Source: Antedon mediterranea (taxonomy: Eukaryota; Animalia; Echinodermata). Taken from it: a DNA stretch of 64,000 nt. The notes beneath the pieces were generated by a model that saw only the letters and a program-made list of their open reading frames with translations, had not been told where the DNA came from and searched no databases. Shown piece after piece: positions 15,001-30,000 of this stretch (position 1 is the stretch's first letter; each line of letters starts with the position of its first letter). The position numbers and the translations under genes were made by a program. The stretch spans positions 72,001 through 136,000 of the forward strand of contig NW_027306096.1 of assembly GCF_964355755.1 (NCBI RefSeq), read 5' to 3'.

Positions 15001-18000
15001 TTTTATCGAAATGCTCAAAATTGTCTAAAACGGTTTCAAATGTGATTTTAAGCACTTTGATATTTTTGTGTAACCAAGTTTCATCGAAATGCACAAAATG
15101 GTCTAAAACGTCTGCAAATGCGATTTGAAGCTATTGTGTGATTTTAAGAACTTTGATATTTTTGTGTAATCAAGTTTCATCGAAATGCACAAAATGATCT
15201 AAAGCGTCTTCAAATGCGATTTGAAGCTATTTTGTGCACTTTGATGGTTTTGTGTGAAAAGTTTCATCGAAATGCACAAAATGGTCAAAAACGTCTCCAA
15301 ATACGATAATAAGCTTTTTTATGCACATTGATGTTTTTGTGTGAAAAGTCTCATCGAAATGCACAAAATGGTCTAAAACGTCTCCAAATGCGATTTGAAG
15401 CTATTTTGTGCACTTTGATGTTTTGTGTAATGAAACGCACAAAATTGTCTAAAACGTCTCCGAATACGATATTAAGCTATTTTATGCACTTTGATGTTTT
15501 TGTGTGAAAAGTTTTTTCGAAATGCACAAAATGGTCTAAAACGTCTCCAAATGCGATTTGGAGCTCTTTTGTGCACTTTGATGTTTTGTGTAAAAAGTTT
15601 TATAGAAATGCACGAAATGGTCTAAAAGGGTTTCAAATGTGATTTTAAGCACTTTAATGTTTTGTGTAAAAAGTTTTATAGAAATGCTCGAAATGGTCTA
15701 AAACGTTTTCAAATGTGATTTTAAGCACTTTAATGTTTTGTGTGAAAAGTTTTTTCGAAATGCACAACATGGTCTAAAACTTCTCCAAATGCCATTTGAA
15801 GATATTTTGTGCACTTTGATGTTTTTGTGTGAAAAGTTTCATCGAAACGCACAAAATGGTCTAAAACGTCTCCCAATACGATAATAAGCTATTGTATGCA
15901 CTTTGTTGTTTTTGTGTGAAAAGTTTTTTCGAATTACACAAAATGGTCTAAAACGTCTCCAAATGCGATTTGGAGCTCTTTTGTGCACTTTGATGTTTTG
16001 TGTCAAAAGTATTATAGAAATGCTCGAAATGGTCTAAAACGGTTTCAAATGTGATTTTAAGCACTTTCATGTTTTTGTGTAACCAAGTTTCATCGAGATG
16101 CACAAAAAAATCTAAAACGTCTCCAAATGCGATTTAAAGCTATTTTGTGCACTTTAATATTTTGTGTGAAAAGTTTTATCGAAATGCTCAAAATGGTCTA
16201 AAACGGTTTCAAATGTGATTTTAAGCACTTTGATGTTTTTGTGTAATCAAGTTTCATCGAAATGCACAAAATGGTTTAAAACGTCTGCAAATGCGATTTG
16301 AAGCTATTTTGTGCACTTTGATGTTTTGTGTAATACAGTTTCATCGAAATGTCCAAAATTGTCTAAAACCTCTCAAAATGCGATTTGAAGCTATTTTGTG
16401 CACTTTGATTTTTTTGTGTGAAAAGTTTCATCGAAATGCACAAAATTGTCTAAAACGTCTCCAAATGCGATTTGGAGCTCTTTTGTGCACTTTGATGTTT
16501 TGTGTAAAAAGTTTTATAGAAATGCTCGAAATGGTCTAAAACGTCTTCAAATGTGATTTTAAGCACTTTAATGTTTTGTGTGAAAAGTTTTATCGAAATG
16601 CTCAAAATTGTCTAAAACGGTTTCAAATGTGATTTTAAGAACTTTGATATTTTTGTGTAATCAAGTTTTTTCAAAATGCACAACATGGTCTAAAACGTCT
16701 CCAAATGCGATTTGAAGCTATTTTGTGCACTTTGTTGTTTTTTGTGAAAAGTTTTATCGAAACGCACAAAATTGTCTAAAACGTCTCCAAATACGATATT
16801 AAGCTATTGTATGCACTTTGTAGTTTTTGTGTGAAAAGTTTCATCGAAATGCTCAAAATGGTCTAAAACGTCTCCAAGTGCGATTTGAAGCTATTTTGTG
16901 CACTTTGATGTTTTTTTGTGAAAAATTTAATCGAAATGCACAAAATGGTCTAAAACGTCTCTAAATGCGATTTGAAGCTATTTTGTGCACATTGATGTTT
17001 TTGTGTGAAAAGTTTGATCGAAATGCACAAAATGGTCTAAAACGTCTCCAAATGCGATTTGAAGCTATTTTGTGCACTTTGATGTTTTGTGTGAAAAGTT
17101 TCACCAAAATGCACAAAATGGTCTAAAACGTCTCCAAATCCGTTTTGAAGCTAATCTAAGCACTTTTATGTTTTTATGTTAACAAGTTTTTTCGAAATGC
17201 AAAAAATGGTCTAAAACGTCTCCAAATACGATTTGAAGCTCTTTTGTGCACTTTGTGATGTTTTGTGTAAAAAGTTTTATAGAAATGCACAAAATGGTCT
17301 AAAACGGTTTCAAATGTGATTTTAAGCACTTTGATATTTTTGTGTTATCAAGTTTGAATCATCGAAATGCACAAAATGGTCTAAAACGTCTGCAAATGCG
17401 ATTTGAAGCTATTTTGTGCACTTTGATGGTTTTGTGTGAAAAGTTTCATCGAAATGCACAAAATGGTCAAAAATGTCTCCAAATGATATTTGAAGCTATT
17501 TTGTGCACTTTGTTGTTTTGTGTGAAAAGTTTCATCGATATGCACAAAATGGTCTATAACGGTTTCAAATGTGATTTTAAGCACTTTGATATTTTTGTGT
17601 AATAAAGTTTTTTCAAAATGCACAAAATGGTCTAAAACGTCTCCAAATGCGATTTGAAGTTATTTTGTGCACTTTGATGTTTTGTGTGAAAAGTTTTATC
17701 GAAATGCTCAAAATGGTCTAAAACGGTTTCAAATGTGATTTTAAGCACTTTGATATTTTTGTGTAATCAAGTTTCATCTAAATGCACAAAATGGTCTAAA
17801 ACGTCTGCAAATGCGATTTGAAGCTATTTTGTGATTTTAAGAACTTTGATATCTTTGTGTAATCAAGTTTCATCGAAATGCACAAAATGGTCTAAAACGT
17901 CTCCAAATGCGATTTGAAGCTATTTTGTGCACTTTGTTGTTTTGTGTGAAAAGTTTCATCGAAATGCACAAAATGGTCTAAAACGGTTTCAAATGTGATT

Positions 18001-21000
18001 TTAAGCACTTTGATATTTTTGTGTAATCAAGTTTTTTCGGAAAGCAAAAAATGGTCTAAAACGTCTCCAAATGCGATTTGAAGTTATTTTGTGCACTTTG
18101 AAGTTTTGTGTAATGAAACGCACAAAATGGTCTAAAACGTCTCCAAATGCGATTTGAAGCTATTTTGTGCACTTTGTTGTTTTTTGTGAAAAGTTTCATC
18201 GAAATGCACAAATTGGTCTAAAACCTCTCCAAATACGATATTAAGCTATTTTGTGCACATTGATGTTTTTGTGTGAAAAGTTTCACCAAAATGCACAAAA
18301 TGGTCTAAAACGTCTCCAAATCCGTTTTGAAGCTAATCTAAGCACTTTGATGTTTTTATGTTAAAAAGTTTTTTCGAAATGCACAAAATGGTCTAAAACG
18401 TTTCCAAATACGATTTGAAGCTCTTTTGTGCACTTTGATATTTTGTGTAATAAGTTTTATAGAAACGCACAAAATGGTCTAAAACGGTTTCAAATGTGAT
18501 TTTAAGCACTTATATATTTTTGTTTAACCAAGTTTCATCGAAATGCACAAAATGGTCTAAAACGTCTCCAAATGCGATTTGAAGCTGTTTTTGTGTGAAA
18601 AGTTTTTTCGAAATACACAAAATGGTCTAAAACGTGCACTTTTGTGCACTTTGATGTTTTGTGTCAAAAGTTTTATAGAAATGCTCGAAATGGTCTAAAA
18701 CGGTTTCAAATGTGATTTTAAGCACTTTGATGTTTTTGTGTAATCAAGTTTATAGAAATGCTCGAAATGGTCTAAAACATCTTCAAATGTGATTTTAAGC
18801 ACTTTAATGTTTTGTGTGAAAAGTTTTATCGAAATGCTCAAAATGGTTTAAAACGGTTTCAAATGTGATTTTAAGCACTTTGATATTTTTGTGTAATCAA
18901 GTTTTTTCGAAATGCACAACATGGTCTAAAACGTCTCAAAATACGATATTAAGCTATTGTATGCACTTTGATGTTTTTCTGTGAAAAGTTTTTTCGAAAT
19001 GCACAAAATGGTCTAAAACGTCTGAAAAAGCGATTTGGAGCTCTTTTGTGCACTTTGATGTTTTGTGTAAAAAGTTTTATAGAAATGCTCGAAATGTTCT
19101 ACAACGGTTTCAAATGTGATTTTAAGCACTTTGATATTTTTGTTTAACCAAGGTTCATCGAAATGCACAAAATGGTCTAAAACGTCTGCAAATGCGAATT
19201 GAAGCTATTTTGTGCACTTTGATGTTTTGTGTAATCCAGTTTCATCGAAATGAACAAAATTGTCTAAAACCTCAAAAATGCGATTTCAAGCTATTTTGTG
19301 CACTTTGATGATTTTGTGTGAAAAGTTTTTTCGAAATGCACAAAATGGTCTAAAACGTCTCCAAATGCGATTTGGAGCTCTTTTGTGCACTTTGATGTTT
19401 TGTGTAAAAAGTTTTATAGAAATGCTCGAAATGGTCTAAAACGTTTTCAAATGTGATTTTAAGCACTTTAATGTTTTGTGTGAAAAGTTTTATCGAAATG
19501 CTCAAAATGGTCTAAAACGGTTTCAAATGTGATTTTAAGCATTTTGATATTTTTGTGTAATCAAGTTTTTTTCGAAATGCACAACATGGTCTAAAACGTC
19601 TCCAAATGCGATTTGAAGCTATTTTGTGCACTTTGATGTTTTGTGTAATGAAACGCACAAAATGGTCTAAAACGTCTCCAAATGCGATTTGAAGTTATTT
19701 TGTGCACTTTGATGTTTTGTGTGAAAAGTTTTATCGAAATGCTCAAAATGGTCTAAAACGGTTTCAAATGTGATTTTAAGCACTTTGATATTTTTGTGTA
19801 ATCAAGTTTTTTCGAAATGCACAACATGGTCTAAAACGTCTCCAAATGCGATTTGAAGCTATTTTGTGCACTTTGATGGTTTTGTGTAAAAAGTTTCATC
19901 GAAATGCACAAAATGGTCAAAAACGTCCCCAAATGCGATTTGAAGCTATTTTGTGCACTTTGTTGTTTTGTGTGAAAAGTTTCATCGAAACGCACAAAAT
20001 GGTCTAAAACAGTTTCAAATGTGATTTTAAGCACTTTGATATTTTTGTGTAATCAAGTTTTTTCGGAATCCACAAAATGGTCTAAAACGTCACCAAATGC
20101 GATTTGAAGTTATTTTGTGCACTTTGAAGTTTTGTGTAATGAAACGCACAAAATGGTCTAAAACGTCTCCAAATGCGATTTGAAGCTATTTGTGCACTTT
20201 GTTGTTTTGTGTGAAAAGTTTCATCGAAATGCACAAATTGGTCTAAAACGTCTCCAAATACGATATTAAGCTATTGTATGCACTTTGTTGTTTTTGTGTG
20301 AAAAGTTTTTTCGAATTACACAAAATTGTCTAAAACGGCTCCAAATGCGATTTGGAGCTCTTTTGTGCACTTTGATGTTTTGTGTCAAAAGTTTTATAGA
20401 AATGCTCGAAATGGTCTAAAACGGTTTCAAATGTGATTTTAAGCACTTTCATGTTTTTGTGTAGCCAAGTTTCATCGAAATGCACAAAAAAATCTAAAAC
20501 GTCTCCAAATGCGATTTAAAGCTATTTTGTCCACTTTAATGTTTTGTGTGAAAAGTTTTATCGAAATTCTCAAAATGGTCTAAAACGGTTTCAAATGTGA
20601 TTTTAAGTACTTTGATGTTTTTGTGTAATCAAGTTTCATCGAAATGCACAAAATGGTTTAAAACGTCTGCAAATGCGATTTGAAGCTATTTTGTGCACTT
20701 TGATGTTTTGTGTAATCCAGTTTCATCGAAATGTACAAAATTGTCTAAAACCTCTAAAAATGCGATTTGAAGCTATTTTGTGCACTTTGATGTTTTTGTG
20801 TGAAAAGTTTCATCGAAATGCACAAAATTGTCTAAAACGTCTCCAAATACGATATTAAGCTATTGTATGCACTTTGATGTTTTTGAGTGAAAAGTTTTTT
20901 CGAAATGCACAAAATGGTCTAAAACGTCTCCAAATGCGATTTGGAGCTCTTTTGTGCACTTTGATGTTTTGTGTAAAAAGTTTGCTATTTTGTGCACTTT

Positions 21001-24000
21001 AATGTTTTGTGTGAAAAGTTTTATCGAAATGCTCAAAATTGTCTAAAACGGTTTCAAATGTGATTTTAAGCACTTTGATATTTTTGTGTAATCAAGTTTT
21101 TTCGAAATGCACAACATGATCTAAAACGTCTCCAAATGCGATTTGAAGCTATTTTGTGCACTTTGATGTTTTTGTGTGAAAAGTTTCATCGAAATGCACA
21201 AAATGGTCTAAAACGTCTCTAAATGCGATTTGAAGCTATTTTGTGCACTTTGTCGTTTTTGTGTGAAAAGTTTCATCGAAATGCTCAAAATGGTCTAAAA
21301 CGTCTCCAAATGCGATTTGAAGCTATTTTGTGCACTTTGAAGTTTTTTTGTGAAAAGTTTCATCGAAATGCACAAAATGGTCTAAAACGTCTCTAAATGC
21401 GATTTGAAGCTATTTTGTGCACTTTGATGTTTTTGTGTGAAAAGTTTCATCGAAATGCACAAAATGGTCTAAAACGTCTCTAAATGCGATTTGAAGCTAT
21501 TTTGTGCACTTTGATGTTTTTTTGTGAAAAGTTTCATCGAAATGCACAAAATGGTCTAAAACGTCTCTAAATGCGATTTGAAGCTATTTTGTGCACTTTG
21601 TCGTTTTTGTGTGAAATGTTTCATCGAAATGCTCAAAATGGTCTAAAACGTCTCCAAATGCGATTTGAAGCTATTTTGTGCACTTTGATGTTTTTGTGTG
21701 AAAAGTTTCATCGAAATGCACAAAATGGTCTAAAACGGTTTCAAATGTGATTTTAAGCACTTTGATATTTTTGTGTAATCAAGTTTTTTCGAAATGCACA
21801 AAATGGTCTAAAACGTCTCCAAATGCGATTTAAAGCTATTTTGTGCACTTTAATGTTTTGTGTGAAAAGTTTTATCGAAATTCTCAAAATGGTCTAAAAC
21901 GGTTTCAAATGTGATTTTAAGCACTTTGATGTTTTTGTGTAATCAAGTTTCATCGAATTCATCAAATTCGATTTGAAGCTATTTTGTGCACTTTGATGTT
22001 TTGTGTAATCCAGTTTCATCGAAATGTAAAAAATTGTCTATAACGTCTCTAAATGCGATTTGAAACTATTTTGTGGACTTTGTCGTTTTTGTGTGAAAAG
22101 TTTCATCGAAATGCTCAAAATGATCTAAAACGTCTCCAAATGCGATTTGAAGCTATTTTGTGCACTTTGATGTTTTTGTGTGAAAAGTTTCATCGAAATG
22201 CACAAAATGGTCTAAAACGGTTTCAAATGTGATTTTAAGCACTTTGATATTTTTGTGTAATCAAGTTTTTTCGAAATGCACAAAATGGTCTAAAACGTCT
22301 CCAAATGCGATTTGAAGTTATTTTGTGCACTTTGATGTTTTGTGTGAAAAGTTTCATCGAAATGCTCAAAATGGTCTAAAACGGTTTCAAATGTGATTTT
22401 AAGCACTTTGATATTTTTGTGTAATCAAGTTTCATCGAAATGCACAAAATGGTCTAAAACGTCTGCAAATGCGATTTGAAGCTATTTTGTGCACTTTGAT
22501 GGTTTGTGTGAAAAGTTTCATCGAAATGCACAAAATGGTCAAAAATGTCTCCAAATGCGATTTGAAGCTATTTTGTGGACTTTGTGGTTTTGTGTGAAAA
22601 GTTTTATCGAAATGCACAAAATAGTCTAAAACGGTTTCAAATGTGATTTTAAGCACTTTGATATTTTTGTTTAACCAAGTTTCATCGAAATGCACAAAAT
22701 GGTCTAAAACGTCTCCAAATGCGATTTGAAGTTATTTTGTGCACTTTGATGTTTTGTGTGAAAAGTTTTATCGAAATGCTCAAAATGGTCTAAAACGGTT
22801 TCAAATGTGATTTTAAGCGCTTTGATATTTTTGTGTAATCAAGTTTTTTCGAAATGCACAACATGGTCTAAAACGTCTCCAAATGCGATTTGAAGCTATA
22901 TTGTGCACTTTGATGTTTTGTGTAATGAAACGCACAAAATGGTCTAAAACGCCTGTTTTCTGTGAAAATTTTCATCGAAATGCAAAAAATTGTCTAAAAC
23001 GTCTCCAAATGCGATTTGAAGCTATTTTGTGCACTTTGTTGTTTTGTGTGAAAAGTTTCATCGAAATGCACAAATTGGTCTAAAACCTCTCCAAATACGA
23101 TATTAAGCTATTTTGTGCACATTGATGTTTTTGTGTGAAAAGTTTCACCAAAATGCACAAAATGGTCTAAAACGTCTCCAAATCCGTTTTGAAGCTAATC
23201 TAAGCACTTTGATGTTTTTATGTTAAAAAGTTTTTTCGAAATGCACAAAATGGTCTAAAACGTTTCCAAATACGATTTGAAGCTCTTTTGTGCACTTTGA
23301 TATTTTGTGTAATAAGTTTTATAGAAACGCACAAAATGGTCTAAAACGGTTTCAAATGTGATTTTAAGCACTTATATATTTTTGTTTAACCAAGTTTCAT
23401 CGAAATGCACAAAATGGTCTAAAACGTCTCCAAATGCGATTTGAAGCTGTTTTTGTGTGAAAAGTTTTTTCGAAATACACAAAATGGTCTAAAACGTGCA
23501 CTTTTGTGCACTTTGATGTTTTGTGTCAAAAGTTTTATAGAAATGCTCGAAATGGTCTAAAACGTTTTCAAATGTGATTTTAAGCACTTTAATGTTTTGT
23601 GTGAAAAGTTTTATCGAAATGCTCAAAATGGTCTAAAACGGTTTCAAATGTGATTTTAAGCATTTTGATATTTTTGTGTAATCAAGTTTTTTTCGAAATG
23701 CACAACATGGTCTAAAACGTCTCCAAATGCGATTTGAAGCTATTTTGTGCACTTTGATGTTTTGTGTAATGAAACGCACAAAATGGTCTAAAACGTCTCC
23801 AAATGCGATTTGAAGTTATTTTGTGCACTTTGATGTTTTGTGTGAAAAGTTTTATCGAAATGCTCAAAATGGTCTAAAACGGTTTCAAATGTGATTTTAA
23901 GCACTTTGATATTTTTGTGTAATCAAGTTTTTTCGAAATGCACAACATGGTCTAAAACGTCTCCAAATGCGATTTGAAGCTATTTTGTGCACTTTGATGG

Positions 24001-27000
24001 TTTTGTGTAAAAAGTTTCATCGAAATGCACAAAATGGTCAAAAACGTCCCCAAATGCGATTTGAAGCTATTTTGTGCACTTTGTTGTTTTGTGTGAAAAG
24101 TTTCATCGAAACGCACAAAATGGTCTAAAACAGTTTCAAATGTGATTTTAAGCACTTTGATATTTTTGTGTAATCAAGTTTTTTCGGAATCCACAAAATG
24201 GTCTAAAACGTCTCCAAATGCGATTTGAAGTTATTTTGTGCACTTTGAAGTTTTGTGTAATGAAACGCACAAAATGGTCTAAAACGTCTCCAAATGCGAT
24301 TTGAAGCTATTTGTGCACTTTGTTGTTTTGTGTGAAAAGTTTCATCGAAATGCACAAATTGGTCTAAAACGTCTCCAAATACGATATTAAGCTATTGTAT
24401 GCACTTTGTTGTTTTTGTGTGAAAAGTTTTTTCGAATTACACAAAATTGTCTAAAACGGCTCCAAATGCGATTTGGAGCTCTTTTGTGCACTTTGATGTT
24501 TTGTGTCAAAAGTTTTATAGAAATGCTCGAAATGGTCTAAAACGGTTTCAAATGTGATTTTAAGCACTTTCATGTTTTTGTGTAGCCAAGTTTCATCGAA
24601 ATGCACAAAAAAATCTAAAACGTCTCCAAATGCGATTTAAAGCTATTTTGTGCACTTTAATGTTTTGTGTGAAAAGTTTTATCGAAATTCTCAAAATGGT
24701 CTAAAACGGTTTCAAATGTGATTTTAAGTACTTTGATGTTTTTGTGTAATCAAGTTTCATCGAAATGCACAAAATGGTTTAAAACGTCTGCAAATGCGAT
24801 TTGAAGCTATTTTGTGCACTTTGATGTTTTGTGTAATCCAGTTTCATCGAAATGTACAAAATTGTCTAAAACCTCTAAAAATGCGATTTGAAGCTATTTT
24901 GTGCACTTTGATGTTTTTGTGTGAAAAGTTTCATCGAAATGCACAAAATTGTCTAAAACGTCTCCAAATACGATATTAAGCTATTGTATGCACTTTGATG
25001 TTTTTGAGTGAAAAGTTTTTTCGAAATGCACAAAATGGTCTAAAACGTCTCCAAATGCGATTTGGAGCTCTTTTGTGCACTTTGATGTTTTGTGTAAAAA
25101 GTTTGCTATTTTGTGCACTTTAATGTTTTGTGTGAAAAGTTTTATCGAAATGCTCAAAATTGTCTAAAACGGTTTCAAATGTGATTTTAAGCACTTTGAT
25201 ATTTTTGTGTAATCAAGTTTTTTCGAAATGCACAACATGATCTAAAACGTCTCCAAATGCGATTTGAAGCTATTTTGTGCACTTTGATGTTTTTGTGTGA
25301 AAAGTTTCATCGAAATGCACAAAATGGTCTAAAACGTCTCTAAATGCGATTTGAAGCTATTTTGTGCACTTTGTCGTTTTTGTGTGAAAAGTTTCATCGA
25401 AATGCTCAAAATGGTCTAAAACGTCTCCAAATGCGATTTGAAGCTATTTTGTGCACTTTGATGTTTTTTTGTGAAAAGTTTCATCGAAATGCACAAAATG
25501 GTCTAAAACGTCTCTAAATGCGATTTGAAGCTATTTTGTGCACTTTGATGTTTTTGTGTGAAAAGTTTCATCGAAATGCACAAAATGGTCTAAAACGTCT
25601 CTAAATGCGATTTGAAGCTATTTTGTGCACTTTGATGTTTTTTTGTGAAAAGTTTCATCGAAATGCACAAAATGGTCTAAAACGTCTCTAAATGCGATTT
25701 GAAGCTATTTTGTGCACTTTGTCGTTTTTGTGTGAAATGTTTCATCGAAATGCTCAAAATGGTCTAAAACGTCTCCAAATGCGATTTGAAGCTATTTTGT
25801 GCACTTTGATGTTTTTGTGTGAAAAGTTTCATCGAAATGCACAAAATGGTCTAAAACGGTTTCAAATGTGATTTTAAGCACTTTGATATTTTTGTGTAAT
25901 CAAGTTTTTTCGAAATGCACAAAATGGTCTAAAACGTCTCCAAATGCGATTTAAAGCTATTTTGTGCACTTTAATGTTTTGTGTGAAAAGTTTTATCGAA
26001 TTTCTCAAAATGGTCTAAAACGGTTTCAAATGTGATTTTAAGCACTTTGATGTTTTTGTGTAATCAAGTTTCATCGAATTCATCAAATTCGATTTGAAGC
26101 TATTTTGTGCACTTTGATGTTTTGTGTAATCCAGTTTCATCGAAATGTAAAAAATTGTCTATAACGTCTCTAAATGCGATTTGAAACTATTTTGTGGACT
26201 TTGTCGTTTTTGTGTGAAAAGTTTCATCGAAATGCTCAAAATGATCTAAAACGTCTCCAAATGCGATTTGAAGCTATTTTGTGCACTTTGATGTTTTTGT
26301 GTGAAAAGTTTCATCGAAATGCACAAAATGGTCTAAAACGGTTTCAAATGTGATTTTAAGCACTTTGATATTTTTGTGTAATCAAGTTTTTTCGAAATGC
26401 ACAAAATGGTCTAAAACGTCTCCAAATGCGATTTGAAGTTATTTTGTGCACTTTGATGTTTTGTGTGAAAAGTTTCATCGAAATGCTCAAAATGGTCTAA
26501 AACGGTTTCAAATGTGATTTTAAGCACTTTGATATTTTTGTGTAATCAAGTTTCATCGAAATGCACAAAATGGTCTAAAACGTCTGCAAATGCGATTTGA
26601 AGCTATTTTGTGCACTTTGATGGTTTGTGTGAAAAGTTTCATCGAAATGCACAAAATGGTCAAAAATGTCTCCAAATGCGATTTGAAGCTATTTTGTGGA
26701 CTTTGTGGTTTTGTGTGAAAAGTTTTATCGAAATGCACAAAATAGTCTAAAACGGTTTCAAATGTGATTTTAAGCACTTTGATATTTTTGTTTAACCAAG
26801 TTTCATCGAAATGCACAAAATGGTCTAAAACGTCTCCAAATGCGATTTGAAGTTATTTTGTGCACTTTGATGTTTTGTGTGAAAAGTTTTATCGAAATGC
26901 TCAAAATGGTCTAAAACGGTTTCAAATGTGATTTTAAGCGCTTTGATATTTTTGTGTAATCAAGTTTTTTCGAAATGCACAACATGGTCTAAAACGTCTC

Positions 27001-30000
27001 CAAATGCGATTTGAAGCTATATTGTGCACTTTGATGTTTTGTGTAATGAAACGCACAAAATGGTCTAAAACGCCTGTTTTCTGTGAAAATTTTCATCGAA
27101 ATGCAAAAAAATTGTCTAAAACGTCTCCAAATGCGATTTGAAGCTATTTTGTGCACTTTGTTGTTTTGTGTGAAAAGTTTCATCGAAATGCACAAAATTG
27201 TCTAAAACGTCTCCAAATACGATTTGAAGCTATTTTGTGCACTTTGATGTTTTTGTGTGAAAAGTTTTTTCGAAATACACAAAATGGTCTAAAACGTCTC
27301 CAAATGCGATTTGAAGCTATTTTGGGCACTTTGATGTTTTTTTCTGAAAAGTTTCATCGAAATGCACAAAATGGTCTAAAACGTCTCCAAATGCGATTTA
27401 AAGCTATTTTGTGCACTTTAATGTTTTGTGTGAAAAGTTTTATCGAAATTCTCAAAATGGTCTAAAACGGTTTCAAATGTGATTTTAAGCACTTTGATGT
27501 TTTTGTGTAATCAAGTTTCATCAAAATGCACAAAATGGTTTAAAACGTCTGCAAATGCGATTTGAACCTATTTTGTGCACTTTGATGTTTTGTGTAATCC
27601 AGTTTCATCGAAATGTACAAAATTGTCTAAAACCTCTCAAAATGCGATTTGAAGCTATTTTGTGCACTTTGATGTTTTTGTGTGAAAAGTTTCATCGAAA
27701 TTCACAAAATTGTCTAAAACGTCTCCAAATACGATATTAAGCTATTGTATGCACTTTGATGTTTTTGAGTGAAAAGTTTTTTCGAAATGCACAAAATGGT
27801 CTAAAACGTCACCAAATGCGATTTGGAGCTCTTTTGTGCACTTTGATGTTTTGTGTAAAAAGTTTGCTATTTTGTGCACTTTAATGTTTTGTGTAAAAAG
27901 TTTTATCGAAATGCTCAAAATTGTCTAAAACGGTTTCAAATGTGATTTTAAGCACTTTGATATTTTTGTGTAATCAAGTTTTTTCGAAATGCACAACATG
28001 GTCTAAAACGTCTCCAAATGCGATTTGAAGCTATTTTGTGCACTTTGATGGTTTTGTGTAAAAAGTTTCATCGAAATTCACAAAATGGTCAAAAACGTCT
28101 CCAAATGCGATTTGAAACTATTTTGTGCACTTTGTTGTTTTGTGTGAAAAGTTTCATCGAAATGCACAAAATGGTCTAAAACGGTTTCAAATGTGATTTT
28201 AAGCACTTTGGTATTTTTGTGTAATCAAGTTTTTTTCGGAATCCACAAAATGGTCTAAAACGTCTCCAAATGCGATTTGAAGTTATTTTGTGCACTTTGA
28301 AGTTTTGTGTAATGAAACGCACAAAATGGTCTAAAACGTCTCCAAATGCGATTTGAAGCTATTTTGTGCACTTTGTTGTTTTGTGTGAAAAGTTTCATCG
28401 AAATGCACAAATTGGTCTAAAACGTCTCCAAATACGATATTAAGCTATTGTATGCACTTTGTTGTTTTTGTGTGAAAAGTTTTTTCGAATTACACAAAAT
28501 GGTCTAAAACGTCTCCAAATGCGATTTGGAGCTCTTTTGTGCACTTTGATGTTTTGTGTCAAAAGTTTTATAGAAATGCTCGAAATGGTCTAAAACGGTT
28601 TCAAATGTGATTTTAAGCACTTTGATGTTTTTGTGTAACCAAGTTTCATCGAAATGCACAAAAAAATCTAAAACGTCTCCAAATGCGATTTAGAGCTATT
28701 TTGTGCACTTTAATGTTTTGTGTGAAAAGTGTTATCGAAATGCACAAAATGGTCTAAAACGGTTTCAAATGTGATTTGAAGCTATTTTGTGCACTTTGTG
28801 GTTTTGTGTGAAAGTTTTATCGAAATGCACAAAATAGTCTAAAACGGCTTCAAATGTGATTTTAAGCACATTGATATTTTTGTGTAATCAAGTTTCATCG
28901 AAATGCACAAAATGGTCTAAAACGTCTGCAAATGCGATTTGAAGCTATTTTGTGATTTTAAGAACTTTGATATTTTTGTGTAATCAAGTTTCATCGAAAT
29001 GCACAAAATTGTCTAAAACGTCTGCAAATGCGATTTGAAGCTATTTGTGCACTTTGATGGTTTTGTGTAAAAAGTTTCATCGAAATGCACAAAATGGTCA
29101 AAAACGTCTCCAAATGCGATTTGAAGCTATTCTGTGCACTTTGTTGTTTTGTGGGAAAAGTTTCATCGAAATGCACAAAATGGTCTAAAACGGTTTCAAA
29201 TGTGATTTTAAGCACTTTGATATTTTTGTGTAATCAAGTTTTTTCAAAATGCACAACATGGTCTAAAACGTCTCCAAATGCGATTTGAAGCTATTTTGTG
29301 CACTTTGTAGTTTTTTGTGAAAAGTTTCATCGAAACGCACAAAATTGTCTAAAACGTCTCCAAATACGATATTAAGCTATTGTATGCACTTTGTTGTTTT
29401 TGTGTGAAAAGTTTCATCGAAATGCTCAAAATGGTCTAAAACGTCTCCAAGTGCGATTTGAAGCTATTTTGTGCACTTTGATGTTTTTTTTGTGAAAAGT
29501 TTAATCGAAATGCACAAAATGGTCTAAAACGTCTCTAAATGCGATTTGAAGCTATTTTGTGCACATTGATGTTTTTGTGTGAAAAGTTTGATCGAAATGC
29601 ACTATTTTGTGCACATTGATGTTTTTGTGTGAAAAGTTTGATCGAAATGCACAAAATGGTCTAAAACGTCTCCAAATGCGATTTGAAGCTATTTTGTGCA
29701 CTTTGATGTTTTGTGTGAAAAGTTTCACCAAAATGCACAAAATGGTCTAAAACGTTTCCAAATGCGATTTGGAGCTCTTTTGTGCACTTTGATGTTTTGT
29801 GTAAAAAGTTTGCTATTTTGTGCACTTTAATGTTTTGTGTGAAAAGTTTTATCGAAATGCTCAAAATTGTCTAAAACGGTTTCAAATGTGATTTTAAGCA
29901 CTTTGATATTTTTGTGTAAAAAAGTTTCATCGAAATGCACAAAATGGTCTAAAACGTATCTAAATGCGATTTGAAGCTATTTTGTGCACTTTGATGGTTT